From: Myxococcota bacterium
GTDB taxonomy: Bacteria > Myxococcota > JACRCW01
Assembly (NCBI GenBank): GCA_040752415.1
Contig: JBFMGU010000044.1
Span: 1 to 51,914 of the forward strand
Direction: 5' to 3'
DNA length: 51,914 nt
The number at the start of each line of letters is the position of its first letter. Positions within the stretch are counted from its first letter, which is position 1. Positions 27,818 through 38,000 of the stretch are shown in pieces. Below the pieces are notes generated by a model. That model did no database searches. It was given only the letters and a program-made list of their open reading frames with translations, and was not told the DNA's origin. Both the position numbers and the translations under genes were made by a program.

Positions 27818-29044
27818 ATGCGCACCGCCCGTTCCGTCGTCCTCTTCGCTCTCGCCGTCTCTGCCTGCAGCTCGTCCACCCGCGACGACGATTCCTACGA
27901 CCCGGAACAGCAACGCTACAGCTCGGTCTCGTCGTCGAGCAGCTCGTCCGGCTCAGGCGGCTCGTCCCTCTCCGGCTGGAGCGGCGCGGTGAGCAGCTCC
28001 TCCAGCTCCACGGGCGGGCTCTCCGGGGAAGGCAGCAGCGGTACCAGCTCTTCCGGCGGCGTGGCTGCGCCCAGCACCATCAGCCTCACCGGCGCGTGCG
28101 ACGCATCCACGGTGGTGGAGCTCGACGACGGCGCCCTGGTCATTGCCGACGACGAGGACCAGGTCCTGCGCTTCTACGCACCCACGCAAGGCACCGCGCC
28201 CCGCGCGCAGGTGGACGTCACCCATCAGCTGGGTCTCACCGACACGAGCGGCGGCGTGTTCCGCGAGGTGGACATTGAAGGTTCCACGCGCGTGGGCAAC
28301 CGCGTGTACTGGCTGGGCTCCCACGGCAACTCCAGCACCGGGAGCAATCGGCCCAATCGTCGACGACTGTTTGTCACCGAGGTCTCCGGCAGCGGCGCCA
28401 ACGCCAACGCGGTGGTGCTGGGCACGCCGTACGAAGACCTCCGCGACGACCTGGTGGACTGGGACAACAACGACGGCCACGGGCTCGGTGAAAGCGCGCT
28501 GGGCTTCGAGGATGCCATCGACCAGGAGCCGGAGCGTGACGACGGATTCAACCTGGAAGGGCTCAGCATGACGCCGGATGGCGGCGCGGCGCTGCTGGGG
28601 ATGCGCGCCCCGGTTGTCGACGGGATGGCGCTGGTGATCACGTTGAACAACCTGGAGCCGCTGTTGACCGGCGGGGGCACCGCGCAGTTCGGCGCGCTGT
28701 ACCAGCTGGACCTGGGCGGCCGAGGCGTGCGCAGCATGGAGTGCGCGGCCAACGGTTGCATCATCGTCGCCGGTCCCGCCGACGGAGCGGAGGATTTCCG
28801 CCTGTACACGTGGAGTGGTAACGCGTCGGACGCGCCGGTGGAGCGCAACGCGGACCTGACCGGCATGCACCCGGAGGGCATTGTGGCGGTTCCTCCCGGA
28901 CCGTTCACGGAGACCACGCGCATCCGCCTCATCAGCGACGACGGCGACGTGCTGGTGGCCGGGACCCCGTGCAAGGAGCTGCCCGGTTCCGCGGGCAAGA
29001 GCTTCCGGCTGCATGAGCTGGCGTTGGGCGCGGCGGTGCCATGA
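27818..29044 (+). CDS. DUF3616-like lipoprotein with Ser/Gly-rich linker
   Basis: GGAGG RBS; VSAC lipobox; CDAS, ADDE, DIEG, YWLGSH, FNLEGL, LDLGGRGVR, PEG, ISDDG. Confidence 0.8.
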   Translation: MRTARSVVLFALAVSACSSSTRDDDSYDPEQQRYSSVSSSSSSSGSGGSSLSGWSGAVSSSSSSTGGLSGEGSSGTSSSGGVAAPSTISLTGACDASTVVELDDGALVIADDEDQVLRFYAPTQGTAPRAQVDVTHQLGLTDTSGGVFREVDIEGSTRVGNRVYWLGSHGNSSTGSNRPNRRRLFVTEVSGSGANANAVVLGTPYEDLRDDLVDWDNNDGHGLGESALGFEDAIDQEPERDDGFNLEGLSMTPDGGAALLGMRAPVVDGMALVITLNNLEPLLTGGGTAQFGALYQLDLGGRGVRSMECAANGCIIVAGPADGAEDFRLYTWSGNASDAPVERNADLTGMHPEGIVAVPPGPFTETTRIRLISDDGDVLVAGTPCKELPGSAGKSFRLHELALGAAVP

Positions 29045-29454
29045 CGTCGACGCTCCTGCCGGTGCTGGTGGAGCTGCGCACGCAGGAGGAGCTGCTGCGT
29101 CGTCACCTTCCGGGCACCGCGGAGGAGCTGGCCCTGGACCCCGACGCCGTGGAGCGCGTGGGTTTCCACCTGGCGCAGACCCTGGAGGCGTGCGTGGAGC
29201 TGGCCTCGCGCGTGGCGGTTGAGCGCGGATGGACGCCTCCCGCGGAGTTCCCCACTGCCATGGACATGTTGGGTGCATCTGGCCTGGCGGACGCGCCGCT
29301 GGTGCAGGCCTTGCGCACGTTGGGAGCGTTTCGGCGCGCCTCCGCCGAGGGATACACCGGTATTGACGTCGAGCGACTGCATGACGTGGCCGCGCAAACG
29401 ATGGCCCTGGTGACCACCCTGCTGGAGCGGGCGGAGATCTTGCGCGGAGGCTGA
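29041..29454 (+). CDS. DUF86/HepT-like HEPN protein with degenerate active-site motif
   Basis: AVER...LAQTLEACVELASRV...GWTPP...FRRASAEGYTGID pattern, matching the DUF86 FRNxLVHxYxxID region. Confidence 0.7.
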   Translation: MTSTLLPVLVELRTQEELLRRHLPGTAEELALDPDAVERVGFHLAQTLEACVELASRVAVERGWTPPAEFPTAMDMLGASGLADAPLVQALRTLGAFRRASAEGYTGIDVERLHDVAAQTMALVTTLLERAEILRGG

Positions 29455-29648
29455 GGTGCACCCGCTTCGCCTTTCCCTGTCGCGGCTCCGCCGGGTCCGT
29501 TGTGCACGCGCGTTGTGGATGCGGTGAGAACGCGTTCCGGGTCGGTGTGAACCGGCGTCCGCATTCCTGCGCGCGCGCCCACCCGGACAACCGGGAAACT
29601 TCCCGTCCTTACGCGGAGAAACCGGGATGCCCTGCATCCGGGAAGGGT

Positions 29649-29663
29649 TGGCACGCTTGCCGC
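29649..29663 (+). promoter_or_regulatory. Possible sigma54 promoter
   Basis: TGGCACGCTTGCCGC has correct GG/GC spacing and lies about 20 nt before a GGAGGAG RBS. Confidence 0.4.
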
Positions 29664-29696
29664 AAGGCGGCCCTGCGGGCGTGGAGGAGTCATGAC

Positions 29697-30581
29697 ATGT
29701 TGCTGAAGCGTGCTTCCCTGGATTCCGTGTCTTTCCACACCGCTGGTGTTCTCTCTGTCCTCGTGGCGGGCATGATTTACGCCGGTTGCGGCGGGGTCTG
29801 CTCGGGGGAGAACTCGTGCAACGGCGGGGAGGCCCGTCGGTCGCGCTTTGTGGATTGCCGGATTGACGACGAGTGCCGAGAAGGCCAGGCGTGCGGGACC
29901 CACGGCTGTTGCCAGACCTGTGAGGTCGACGACGACTGCCCCGAGGGCCAGGAGTGCACGCGCTCCGGCATGTGCATCGAGGAGGGCGGCGACTGCGCCG
30001 CGGATTCCGACTGCCGCGAAGGTCAGCGCTGCAACGCGGACAACGAGTGCGTGGTGCAGGGTGACGACGAGGAGTGCCTCCTGGACCGCGACTGCGCCGA
30101 GAACCAGGTGTGCGAGGACGGCCAGTGCGAGGAAGAGGACGAGGGCACCAGCAGCTCCTCCAGCTCCGGCGGCACCGACAGCAGCGCTTCCAGCTCCTCA
30201 AGCTCCTCCAGCAGCAGCGGTGGTGATACCGGCAGCACCAGCTCTTCCAGCAACTCCTCCAGCTCTTCGTCCTCGTCGTCGTCCTCCAGCGGCGCGCCGC
30301 CGGTGCTGTGCGGTGACACCACCTGCGCCGAGGGTGAGACCTGCGTGGACAACGCCTGCGTGGTGCTGTGCGGCGCCGACGCGGATTGCAGCGAGGGCCA
30401 GAGCTGCGTGAACCACCGCTGCACCGACACGCCCATCCAGCGCTGCGAGACCAACGACGACTGCGAGTGCGGCGCCAGCTGCGTCAACGGCATCTGCACC
30501 GTGCTGTGCGGCACCGACGCGGACTGCCCCGAGGGCAACGTCTGCGAGAACTTCCAGTGCGTGCCGGCCTCCGCGCCGTGA
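29697..30581 (+). CDS. Cys-rich repeat lipoprotein (CxxDxDCxxGxxC repeats) with poly-Ser linker
   Basis: About 8 disulfide repeats in two blocks separated by a poly-Ser tract (~30148-30290); YAGC lipobox-like motif. Confidence 0.85.
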   Translation: MLLKRASLDSVSFHTAGVLSVLVAGMIYAGCGGVCSGENSCNGGEARRSRFVDCRIDDECREGQACGTHGCCQTCEVDDDCPEGQECTRSGMCIEEGGDCAADSDCREGQRCNADNECVVQGDDEECLLDRDCAENQVCEDGQCEEEDEGTSSSSSSGGTDSSASSSSSSSSSSGGDTGSTSSSSNSSSSSSSSSSSSGAPPVLCGDTTCAEGETCVDNACVVLCGADADCSEGQSCVNHRCTDTPIQRCETNDDCECGASCVNGICTVLCGTDADCPEGNVCENFQCVPASAP

Positions 30582-30740
30582 CGTGCTGAAGAGCGCGACG
30601 GGTGGAACGGCGGGTCCGTGGCAACGCGGGCCCGCTGTTCTTTTTCCGACGGACGTTCGGACCGGCGGCGCGCGTTGACAAGGGGACGGGAGGCGCGTTG
30701 GATGCGTCGCCAACCCCTTGCCAATTGGAGGCATTGACCC

Positions 30741-31364
30741 ATGCGCATCACCCTGCGGGATGTCCTTGTCGTCGGCGTTGTCTGCACTTCTGCATCCCTG
30801 TTTGCCGCGGAGCCCGCCAAGAGTGCGGCACCCGCCGCGCCGGCCAAGCAGGCCCCGGTGAAGAGCGACCCCAACGTGGTCCGTGTGTTGATCAAGACCT
30901 CGGCGGGTGACATCGAGCTGGAGCTGGACCGCGCCAAGGCGCCCGTGAGCGTCGACAACTTCGTGCAGTACGCCAAGGCCGGCCACTACGACGGCACCGT
31001 GTTCCACCGCGTGATCAGCAACTTCATGATCCAGGGCGGCGGCATGGACGCGGACCTCAAGGAGAAGCCGGTGCGCGCGCCCATCAAGAACGAGGGTGAC
31101 AACGGGCTGCGCAATGACCGCGGCACCATTGCCATGGCGCGCACCTCCGCGCCGGACTCCGCCACCAGCCAGTTCTACATCAACCTCAAGAACAACGACT
31201 TCCTCAACGCGCAGCCGGGTCGTCCGGGTTACGCGGTGTTCGGGAAGGTGACCAAGGGCATGGAGGTGGTGGACAAGATTGCCGGCGTGCCCACGGGCTC
31301 CAAGGGCATGCACCAGAACGTGCCGGTGACGCCGGTGGTGATCCAGTCGGTGAAGGTCCTCTGA
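30741..31364 (+). CDS. Cyclophilin-type PPIase with signal peptide (PpiA-like)
   Basis: [44 protein letters not shown]. Confidence 0.96.
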   Translation: MRITLRDVLVVGVVCTSASLFAAEPAKSAAPAAPAKQAPVKSDPNVVRVLIKTSAGDIELELDRAKAPVSVDNFVQYAKAGHYDGTVFHRVISNFMIQGGGMDADLKEKPVRAPIKNEGDNGLRNDRGTIAMARTSAPDSATSQFYINLKNNDFLNAQPGRPGYAVFGKVTKGMEVVDKIAGVPTGSKGMHQNVPVTPVVIQSVKVL

Positions 31365-31451
31365 GCGAATACCGGGCGCGCGCTCGTCGTCCCAACCGGT
31401 GTTGACGGCCTGCGGCGCGCCCGTTTCCACGCCCGCCTTCCTCGGATTCGC

Positions 31452-32612
31452 ATGCGCGGCGCACGGGCAATCCTCACGGTGGTGCTCCTCTCCGGTGCGC
31501 TCCCGGCTCGTGCGCAGGGCGCTGCACCACCTCCTCCTCCTGCCGCAGCTCCCGTCGACGAGTGGCGCGAGGAGCCGGTGCTGCAGGCGGCGGACCCGGC
31601 CATGGCCCGCAAGGTGGCTCGCAACGCGTACCTGGGTGGTCCCGCGGCGTTGGGGCCGTTGGGGCGGAACCTGGGCGGCATGCTCCTCGGGTCGCTGCTC
31701 GCGGGCGCGCTGGCGTCGTGGGCGGAGCAGCACGCGGGTGGAGGGGGGGAGGAGCACCGGGCCCGCGCGTGGACGGCGGCGCTCACCGGCGTGGCGGTGC
31801 GCACGGTGGGCGTGGCGGTGACGGCCACACCCGTGGTGCTGGCGGCGGTGGCCGTGACGGGCGGTGGCGCTGCGCTGGGATGGCTGCTTGCGAGCACGCA
31901 ACCGACGGGAACGATGGTGACGCCGTCGCGCGCCGCGGTGGGTGGAGCGCTCTTGGCGCTGGCGGTCTCCGTGGTGGTGGCGCCGGTGGTGCTGGGGCTC
32001 TGCGAGATGGCGGTGAAACGCGTGGCCCTGCTGGCCAGCGACGCGGCGTGGAACCGCGGTGAATCTCCACCCGCGCCGACGACGAAGGCCGCCAACGTGG
32101 CTCCTCCGCGCCCACTCTCGACGACCGACGCGCAGGCGCTGGCGATGGTGGCGGTGGGCGGCATCCTGGAGCGCGCGGGCTGGGTCGAGACCGCGCCGCT
32201 GGTGGGGCCGGTGATGGCGGGATGGCGCGCCCGGAAGGCGGTGGCGCAGGAGGTGTGGCACGCGCGGGAGGTGGCGGGGCTGCCGCGCATGTGGGCCGAC
32301 CTGCAGCTGCGCGTCGACGTGTTGACCGGTGCGCGCGCGGTGCTCCTGACCGTGCCCTGGTTGCTCCTGCCGGTGCTGTCCGCGGGGCTGCTCGCGCTGG
32401 GCGCGCTGGCATTGGCGCTGTCCGTTCCGTCGTCGCTGGAGCTGCCTGCCACGGTGGGAATCCTGGCGGCGGTGCCCGCGGTGGTGGGTCTGTTCGTCGT
32501 GCTTGCGTTGCCCCTCGTGCTCACCGCCGATGTCCTGCGCGACGTGACGCCGTGGTTGGTGGGGCGTTGGGCCAGCGCGCCTTCGGGGGCTTCGTCATCC
32601 GGGTCGCCGTGA
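31452..32612 (+). CDS. Hypothetical polytopic membrane protein
   Basis: 386 aa; signal peptide and many hydrophobic helices. Confidence 0.7.
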   Translation: MRGARAILTVVLLSGALPARAQGAAPPPPPAAAPVDEWREEPVLQAADPAMARKVARNAYLGGPAALGPLGRNLGGMLLGSLLAGALASWAEQHAGGGGEEHRARAWTAALTGVAVRTVGVAVTATPVVLAAVAVTGGGAALGWLLASTQPTGTMVTPSRAAVGGALLALAVSVVVAPVVLGLCEMAVKRVALLASDAAWNRGESPPAPTTKAANVAPPRPLSTTDAQALAMVAVGGILERAGWVETAPLVGPVMAGWRARKAVAQEVWHAREVAGLPRMWADLQLRVDVLTGARAVLLTVPWLLLPVLSAGLLALGALALALSVPSSLELPATVGILAAVPAVVGLFVVLALPLVLTADVLRDVTPWLVGRWASAPSGASSSGSP

Positions 32613-32659
32613 CGTCGTGATGCGCCGCGCCGCGACGGGTCGGTCGTTATCATCCTCCC

Positions 32660-33814
32660 GTGCGAGGCGCCCGCGTGGCGACGGCGCTGACGGAGGATGA
32701 CGTGGCGCGCAGCCTGCCGGTGGTGATGGATTGGGAGGTGTTCTCCGGGGTGGCCTGGGGTCCGCAAGGACACGCGGCGTTGGGCTCCCGTGGGTTGGTG
32801 CGCCTGTCCCCGTCGATCATCCTGGCACCGCAGCTCCACGACGTGTCCGCGCCTCCCACGCTGATCGTCCTGGCGGGCCGCGGGGCCGCGCACATGCAGT
32901 ACCTGCAGGAGGAGGTGCTGCCGGTGGCGCAGCCGCGCGTGGACCACGTGGTGCTGGTGGATGCCGAGCGCGAGGAGTTCCAGGTGGCGGGGATGCGCGG
33001 CGGGACGCACCCGGTCTCGACGCTGCCGGACTTCCTGAACTTCTGCCTCAAGCGGCGCGCCGTGGATGGCGACGCGTTCCAGCGCCTGCACGTGGTGAAC
33101 CGGCACCTGGCCGCGCAGCGTGACGAGCCGCCCCCCGACGTGGTGCTCCAGGTGGAGGCCTACCCGCTGCGGTTGTGGGAGGTCTTCTTCATGCGCGGCC
33201 ACGCCTGGCGCTACGAGCTGCTCAACGAAGAGGTGCCGCTGGCGGTGGAGCTCCCCACGACGCTGGCGGCCAACCGCGCGCTGATGCAGTGCGTGCACGA
33301 CGCGCAGCAGTTCTGCGCCGCACCCGCCACCGAGGAGCTGGGATGGATTCGCGTGGGCCGGTTCCGCATGCGCCAGCGTGAGGCCTTGTTGGATGTGCGG
33401 GTGCGGATGCTGGAGTCGGACCTGCGCGTGGTGTTTCCGCTGCCGCCGCTGCTGGGCTCGTCGTGGGAGCCGCCCACGCTGCCCGCGGTGCTCATGGGCT
33501 CACAGCTGCGTCCGCTGGAGCTGCGCAATGGGCTCTGTCCCGTGCGCTGCATCTGCCCTACCGCCGACGACGCGGAGAACCTGGCGCAGGCCCTCGCCTT
33601 TGCGGTGCGCGCGTGGTGCCAGACGGAGGTGGCGCTGATGCCGCTGGCGGACGCGCCGCCGCCGGAGCTGGGGAGTGGATGGCGGGTGCTCTACGGCGCG
33701 CAACACGTGGAAGTGCAGGTGCCCATGCACCGTCATGGCCTGCTGCCGTGGAAGCTGATGATGGGAGACATCACGCCGGTGCGGGGAGCTCCCGCTGCGC
33801 CCGCGAAGAAATAG
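32660..33814 (+). CDS. Hypothetical protein
   Basis: 384 aa ORF with genome-typical codon usage; no family recognised. Confidence 0.7.
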   Translation: MRGARVATALTEDDVARSLPVVMDWEVFSGVAWGPQGHAALGSRGLVRLSPSIILAPQLHDVSAPPTLIVLAGRGAAHMQYLQEEVLPVAQPRVDHVVLVDAEREEFQVAGMRGGTHPVSTLPDFLNFCLKRRAVDGDAFQRLHVVNRHLAAQRDEPPPDVVLQVEAYPLRLWEVFFMRGHAWRYELLNEEVPLAVELPTTLAANRALMQCVHDAQQFCAAPATEELGWIRVGRFRMRQREALLDVRVRMLESDLRVVFPLPPLLGSSWEPPTLPAVLMGSQLRPLELRNGLCPVRCICPTADDAENLAQALAFAVRAWCQTEVALMPLADAPPPELGSGWRVLYGAQHVEVQVPMHRHGLLPWKLMMGDITPVRGAPAAPAKK

Positions 33815-33874
33815 TGCGCGAGCTCATTGCGACCCCATGTCGGGGCTGCCCAATGTCGATACCGGATGAACGGG

Positions 33875-34279
33875 GCGGTTCATGACGACGGAGAGTTGGC
33901 CGAAATATACCGCGTGAACGGGCCAAGCGCGTCGCGAAGCGGGTGAGCGGAAGCAGCGGCGTCCTGGAGTGCGGTGCGAAGCGGATCAAGTGGTCGACGA
34001 CGTGAAGCACCGCCCTGGATGGCGTCCACCGTCCAACGAGGTCATACCATGGGGCTCGTCGAGAACACCGGCACCGGGGACTGGACGACATCCGCGCCTT
34101 CGGGACGGCCCGATCCAGGGCGGTGCTTCACGTCGTCGACCGCTTGATCCGCTTCGCACCGCACTCCAGGGCGCCGCTGCTTCCGCTCACCCGCTTCGTG
34201 ACGCGCCTGGCCCGTTCATGCGGTACCGGCAACGGGCAGCCCCTCTATTGCTGGCTGATTCTCCGTCGCCATGAACCGC
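33875..34279. repeat. Long-armed palindromic intergenic element, copy 2
   Basis: 113-bp inverted arms 33908-34020 and 34113-34225, outer stem 33875-33901 / 34253-34279; spacer homologous to copy 1. Confidence 0.93.
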
Positions 34280-34346
34280 TGGGCCGACGTTGCCGGCCAT
34301 TCTCCGTCCTCAAGATCCGCTGGCCGACTTGGGCTGGCAGGTCCCG

Positions 34347-35021
34347 TCACTTCAGCATGTCGTCGACGGTGGGCGCGGGCGGGGCCTTGGGCTTGGCCTT
34401 GATCTCGAAGAGCTCGTGCTGGGCCACGGTCACGCCTTCCACTTCCAGCCGGTAGAAGTACATGCCGGGCACGGGGAAGGTGAGCTCCGGGTAGTCCACG
34501 ATGTGGTCCACCTGCGACTTCCCGGTGAAGTCCACCACCTCTTCACTGCTGCCGACGAGACGGCCCTTGGGCGTCACGATCTTGAAGGTGACCTGCAGCG
34601 TGCGGCCGCGGTTGCTCTCCAGGCGCGCGCACACACCAAAGGGATCCACGATGTACGGGAAGTCCGGCGCCTCCAGCGACTTCACCTCGGTGCCGGGCTT
34701 GGGCGGCACGCACCCGTCGGAGCCCATGGCAATCTTCGCCGACGCGAACACGCGGCTCATGGTCACGGAGGCGTTGCGGTCCTGCAGTGCGGCCTTGGGC
34801 GCCAGGTCATTGGTTCCCGCGCCCTGGCTCTTCACGCCCTGCACCGCGTTGCCGAGGTCATCCTGGGACTTCTTCTCGGGCGTGGTGCCAAAGTCGCCCA
34901 GGAAGTCGGCGGCGGTGGGGTCGGCCTTCTTGGGCTTGTCCTTCTTGCCGGGGGCCGCGTGGGAGCCGGTGACGGCGAGGAGGCCGCAGAGGAGGACGCC
35001 GAGGAGACGCTGACGGTTCAT
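34347..35021 (-). CDS. Hypothetical secreted protein
   Basis: MNRQRLLGVLL...SHA signal peptide; beta-rich C-terminal domain (PGMYFYRLEVEG). Confidence 0.75.
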   Translation of the reverse strand: MNRQRLLGVLLCGLLAVTGSHAAPGKKDKPKKADPTAADFLGDFGTTPEKKSQDDLGNAVQGVKSQGAGTNDLAPKAALQDRNASVTMSRVFASAKIAMGSDGCVPPKPGTEVKSLEAPDFPYIVDPFGVCARLESNRGRTLQVTFKIVTPKGRLVGSSEEVVDFTGKSQVDHIVDYPELTFPVPGMYFYRLEVEGVTVAQHELFEIKAKPKAPPAPTVDDMLK

Positions 35022-35079
35022 GGCGCCACGCAGGTTAGCCCACCCCGCGCTCCGACGCATTTTCCGGGCCCGCCGTCGG

Positions 35080-38000
35080 TCAGAACAGCGTGGTCTCGTA
35101 GAGACGGGTGGAGAACGCATCCAGCTCCGCCACGCGGTCCTCCCGACCCAGGGCCACCCATTGCGCGCGGGCGGCGTCCAGGGCGCGCTTGGCGCGTTGG
35201 GCCTGGCCCACCATGAGGGCACGCTCGCCGGTCTGGCGCATCAGGATGGCCAGGTCCCCGTCCTGGAAGTTCTGGTCGCGCAGCATGGCTTCCACCACGT
35301 CCATCTGCTGGTCCCAGCCTTCCCAGTCCCCGCGCATGCCCAGGCACACCGCGCGCATGGCATAGCCCGCCACCAGGTTGGTGCCGCCGTGGGCCTTCTG
35401 CAGGTCGGGCCAGACCGCGTCCAGCTCACGTTCGGCCTCGGGGAACATCTCGCGCGCCAGGATCACGTGGATGAGGTTCAGGTGGATGGCAGCGCGGTCC
35501 GAGGAGCCAATGGCCTCGGAGATGGCCAGGCTCTTGCGGTAGTGCTCCTCCGCCTCCGCCCAGTTCTTGCCCATGCGCGCCAGCTCACCCAAGGCGTTGG
35601 TGGAGATGGCAATGCCACGCCGGTTGCCCGCCTCCTCGAAGAGCCGCAGCTGACGCGTGAAGAGCGCGCGCGCCGCGTGCAGACCGCCGCGCCACATCTG
35701 CACGTAGCCCAGCCCCCACAGGCACCGCCCCACCGCCCCGACGTCACGCACGTTTTCCGCGAGCGGGAGCGCCTGCTGGTAGAGCTCCGCGGCCTTGTCC
35801 AGGTGACCCACGCGGTACTCCAGGTCACCCAGGCCAATGAGGCTCTCCGCAATGCCGCTGTCGTCGTGGAGCGTGGCGTAGAGCTGGCGCGCCTGTTCGT
35901 AGTGGTCCCTGGAGGGACTGAGCGAGCCGCGGAGGTATTCCACCTGCGCCAGGACCAGCTGCGCGTCGGCCAGCACCTTCTTTGCGCCGGAGCGACCGGC
36001 CTGCTGCGCGGCACGCTCCGCCATGGCTTCCGCGTCGTCGGTGCGGCCCTCGTCGGTGAGCACGCGCGCGTGCAGCACCCAGCCGATGCCCCAGCGCTCG
36101 TCGTTGGCGGGGAGGTGCTGTTGCTCCATGGTCCGCTCGCGCAGCTCCAGGATGGCGCGGGCCTGGGCGTAGTCGCTGAGCTGGTAGCGGGCCAGCGCGC
36201 CTTCCAGCAGCGGCTGCAGCGCGTCCTCCAGGTGCCCCGCCGCCACCAGGTGTCGCCCCAGCCGCTCGAACACGCCGGGTCCCTCGGTGCGGGTGCGCAG
36301 CGCGGCAGCCGCGGTCAGGTGGTGTTGGGCCAGGCGACCGCCTTCCCGCGCGGCGCGCTCCACGCTCTCGCGCAGCATCCCGTGCACGAAGTGGAAGCCA
36401 TCCTGCGTCTGAACGACGAGGCGCGTGGCAATCAGCGCATCCATCAAGGACTGCCCCACGCCCACGCCCCGGTGCTCACACGCGGCCAGCCATTCTTCCT
36501 CGTTGACGTCGTTGCCCAGGACCGCGGCCAGCTCCAGGGCCACCCGCGCCTCCGGTCCCTGGTGCTCCAGGATGGCGTTGATGCGCGCGGCCCACACCTC
36601 GTGCGCGTTGCCGGGGAGGATGGCCTTCTCCTGTCCGCGCAGCATGAAGCCCCGCGGTCCCACCTCCAGCACGCCACGCTCCACCCAGTCTCCGACGAGC
36701 TGGATGGCAAACAGCGGATTCCCCGCGGTGCGACTGGCCACCTCCTCGGCCAGGTTGGCCTCCAGCCCCAGCAGCTCCGCCACCAGCTTGCGGTGATGCT
36801 CCCCGTCGAGCGGCGGCAGCGGGAGCTCCTGCGCCGGTTCGCGCGCCAGCAACCCGGTGAGCTGCTGGCTCTCCAGCGGACGCTCCGCCAGCGCCTCCTC
36901 GCGCACGGTGAGGAGGAAGAGCAGCGCGGAGGGTGTCCGGGACTGCGCGTTGAGCACCTGCTCCACGAAGGTCAGCGCCTCGGAGCCCCATTGCACGTCG
37001 TCAATCCACACCATGAGCGGCCGCTCACGGGCCATCAGCTCCAGGAAGCGACGCACCGCGGCCAGCCGCTCCGTCACCGTGCCCAGGCGCACCACGTCGG
37101 TGCCGGTCTCGTCGACGCCGGCGGGACAGATGACCTCCGTCAGCGCGGCCCACTCATGGGGGTCATCCACGCCGTGCCGCTGCAGGTACTTCTGCACGCG
37201 GTGCAGCACCTTTCGACGCGGCAGACCCACGCACTGCAGGTGCTGGCTGATCATGCGCGCCACGCCCTGCGCGGGCCCGGGCAGCGGACCGTGCACCGCG
37301 TGCACCACGTTGGCCACGCCCAGCTCCAGCGCGCGCTGGGTCATCCACTCCGCCACGCGACTCTTGCCATTGCCCGCCGCACCGCGGAGCACCACCACGC
37401 GCGCGCGGGCGGTCTCATGCACCTGGCGGAGCGCGGCCCAGACGGCGTCGCGGGACTGGTCGCGGTCCACCATGGGAATGGAGCGCATGCCGTACAGCCC
37501 CAGCCCCGCGCCCAGCAGGCGAGGGGAGGGCGCGCGCACACCGGTCCGACGCCACGAGCTGGGCATGGGCGGCGTTGCGCGGTGCGCGTCCGTGGTGCCG
37601 TCCGGTCCCTGACGACGTTGCGCCACCACCTGCAGCAGCGGTTGCGCGTTGGAGTTCCACGCCAGCGTGGGGAGCGGCTCACCGGGCGGCGCCACCAGCA
37701 CGGGGCCGGAGATGGGGTCCAGCCGCACCGCGGCGCCGGCGCGCACCGCCACCACCGGCACGTCTGACGGACGGGGCGTCAGTCGCGTCTCCGCGTCGTC
37801 GAGGTCCGGGTTGGAATGCTCGGGAGGGACGCTGCCCACCACGGTCTTGGCGTCGTCATCCGACTCATCCAGCGTCATGAGGCCGGTGCCCCCGGACCAG
37901 AGGTTCTCCATCTCCTCGTCGGGGGCGCCGCCGCCGGATTCCGCTTCCAGGATGCGCAGGGCCCACGCCGCGTCGGCCACGCACTCAAAGCGGTGGTGTG

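Noticed and set aside
24221..27879. Very long antisense ORFs (969 and 838 aa; similarly 35020-37767 and 10491-12110)
   Set aside because: These are shadow frames of high-GC coding genes and have no recognisable motifs.
30148..30292. AGC/TCC-rich tandem-like tract (also ~27915-28060)
   Set aside because: It encodes ordinary Ser/Gly linkers in lipoproteins.
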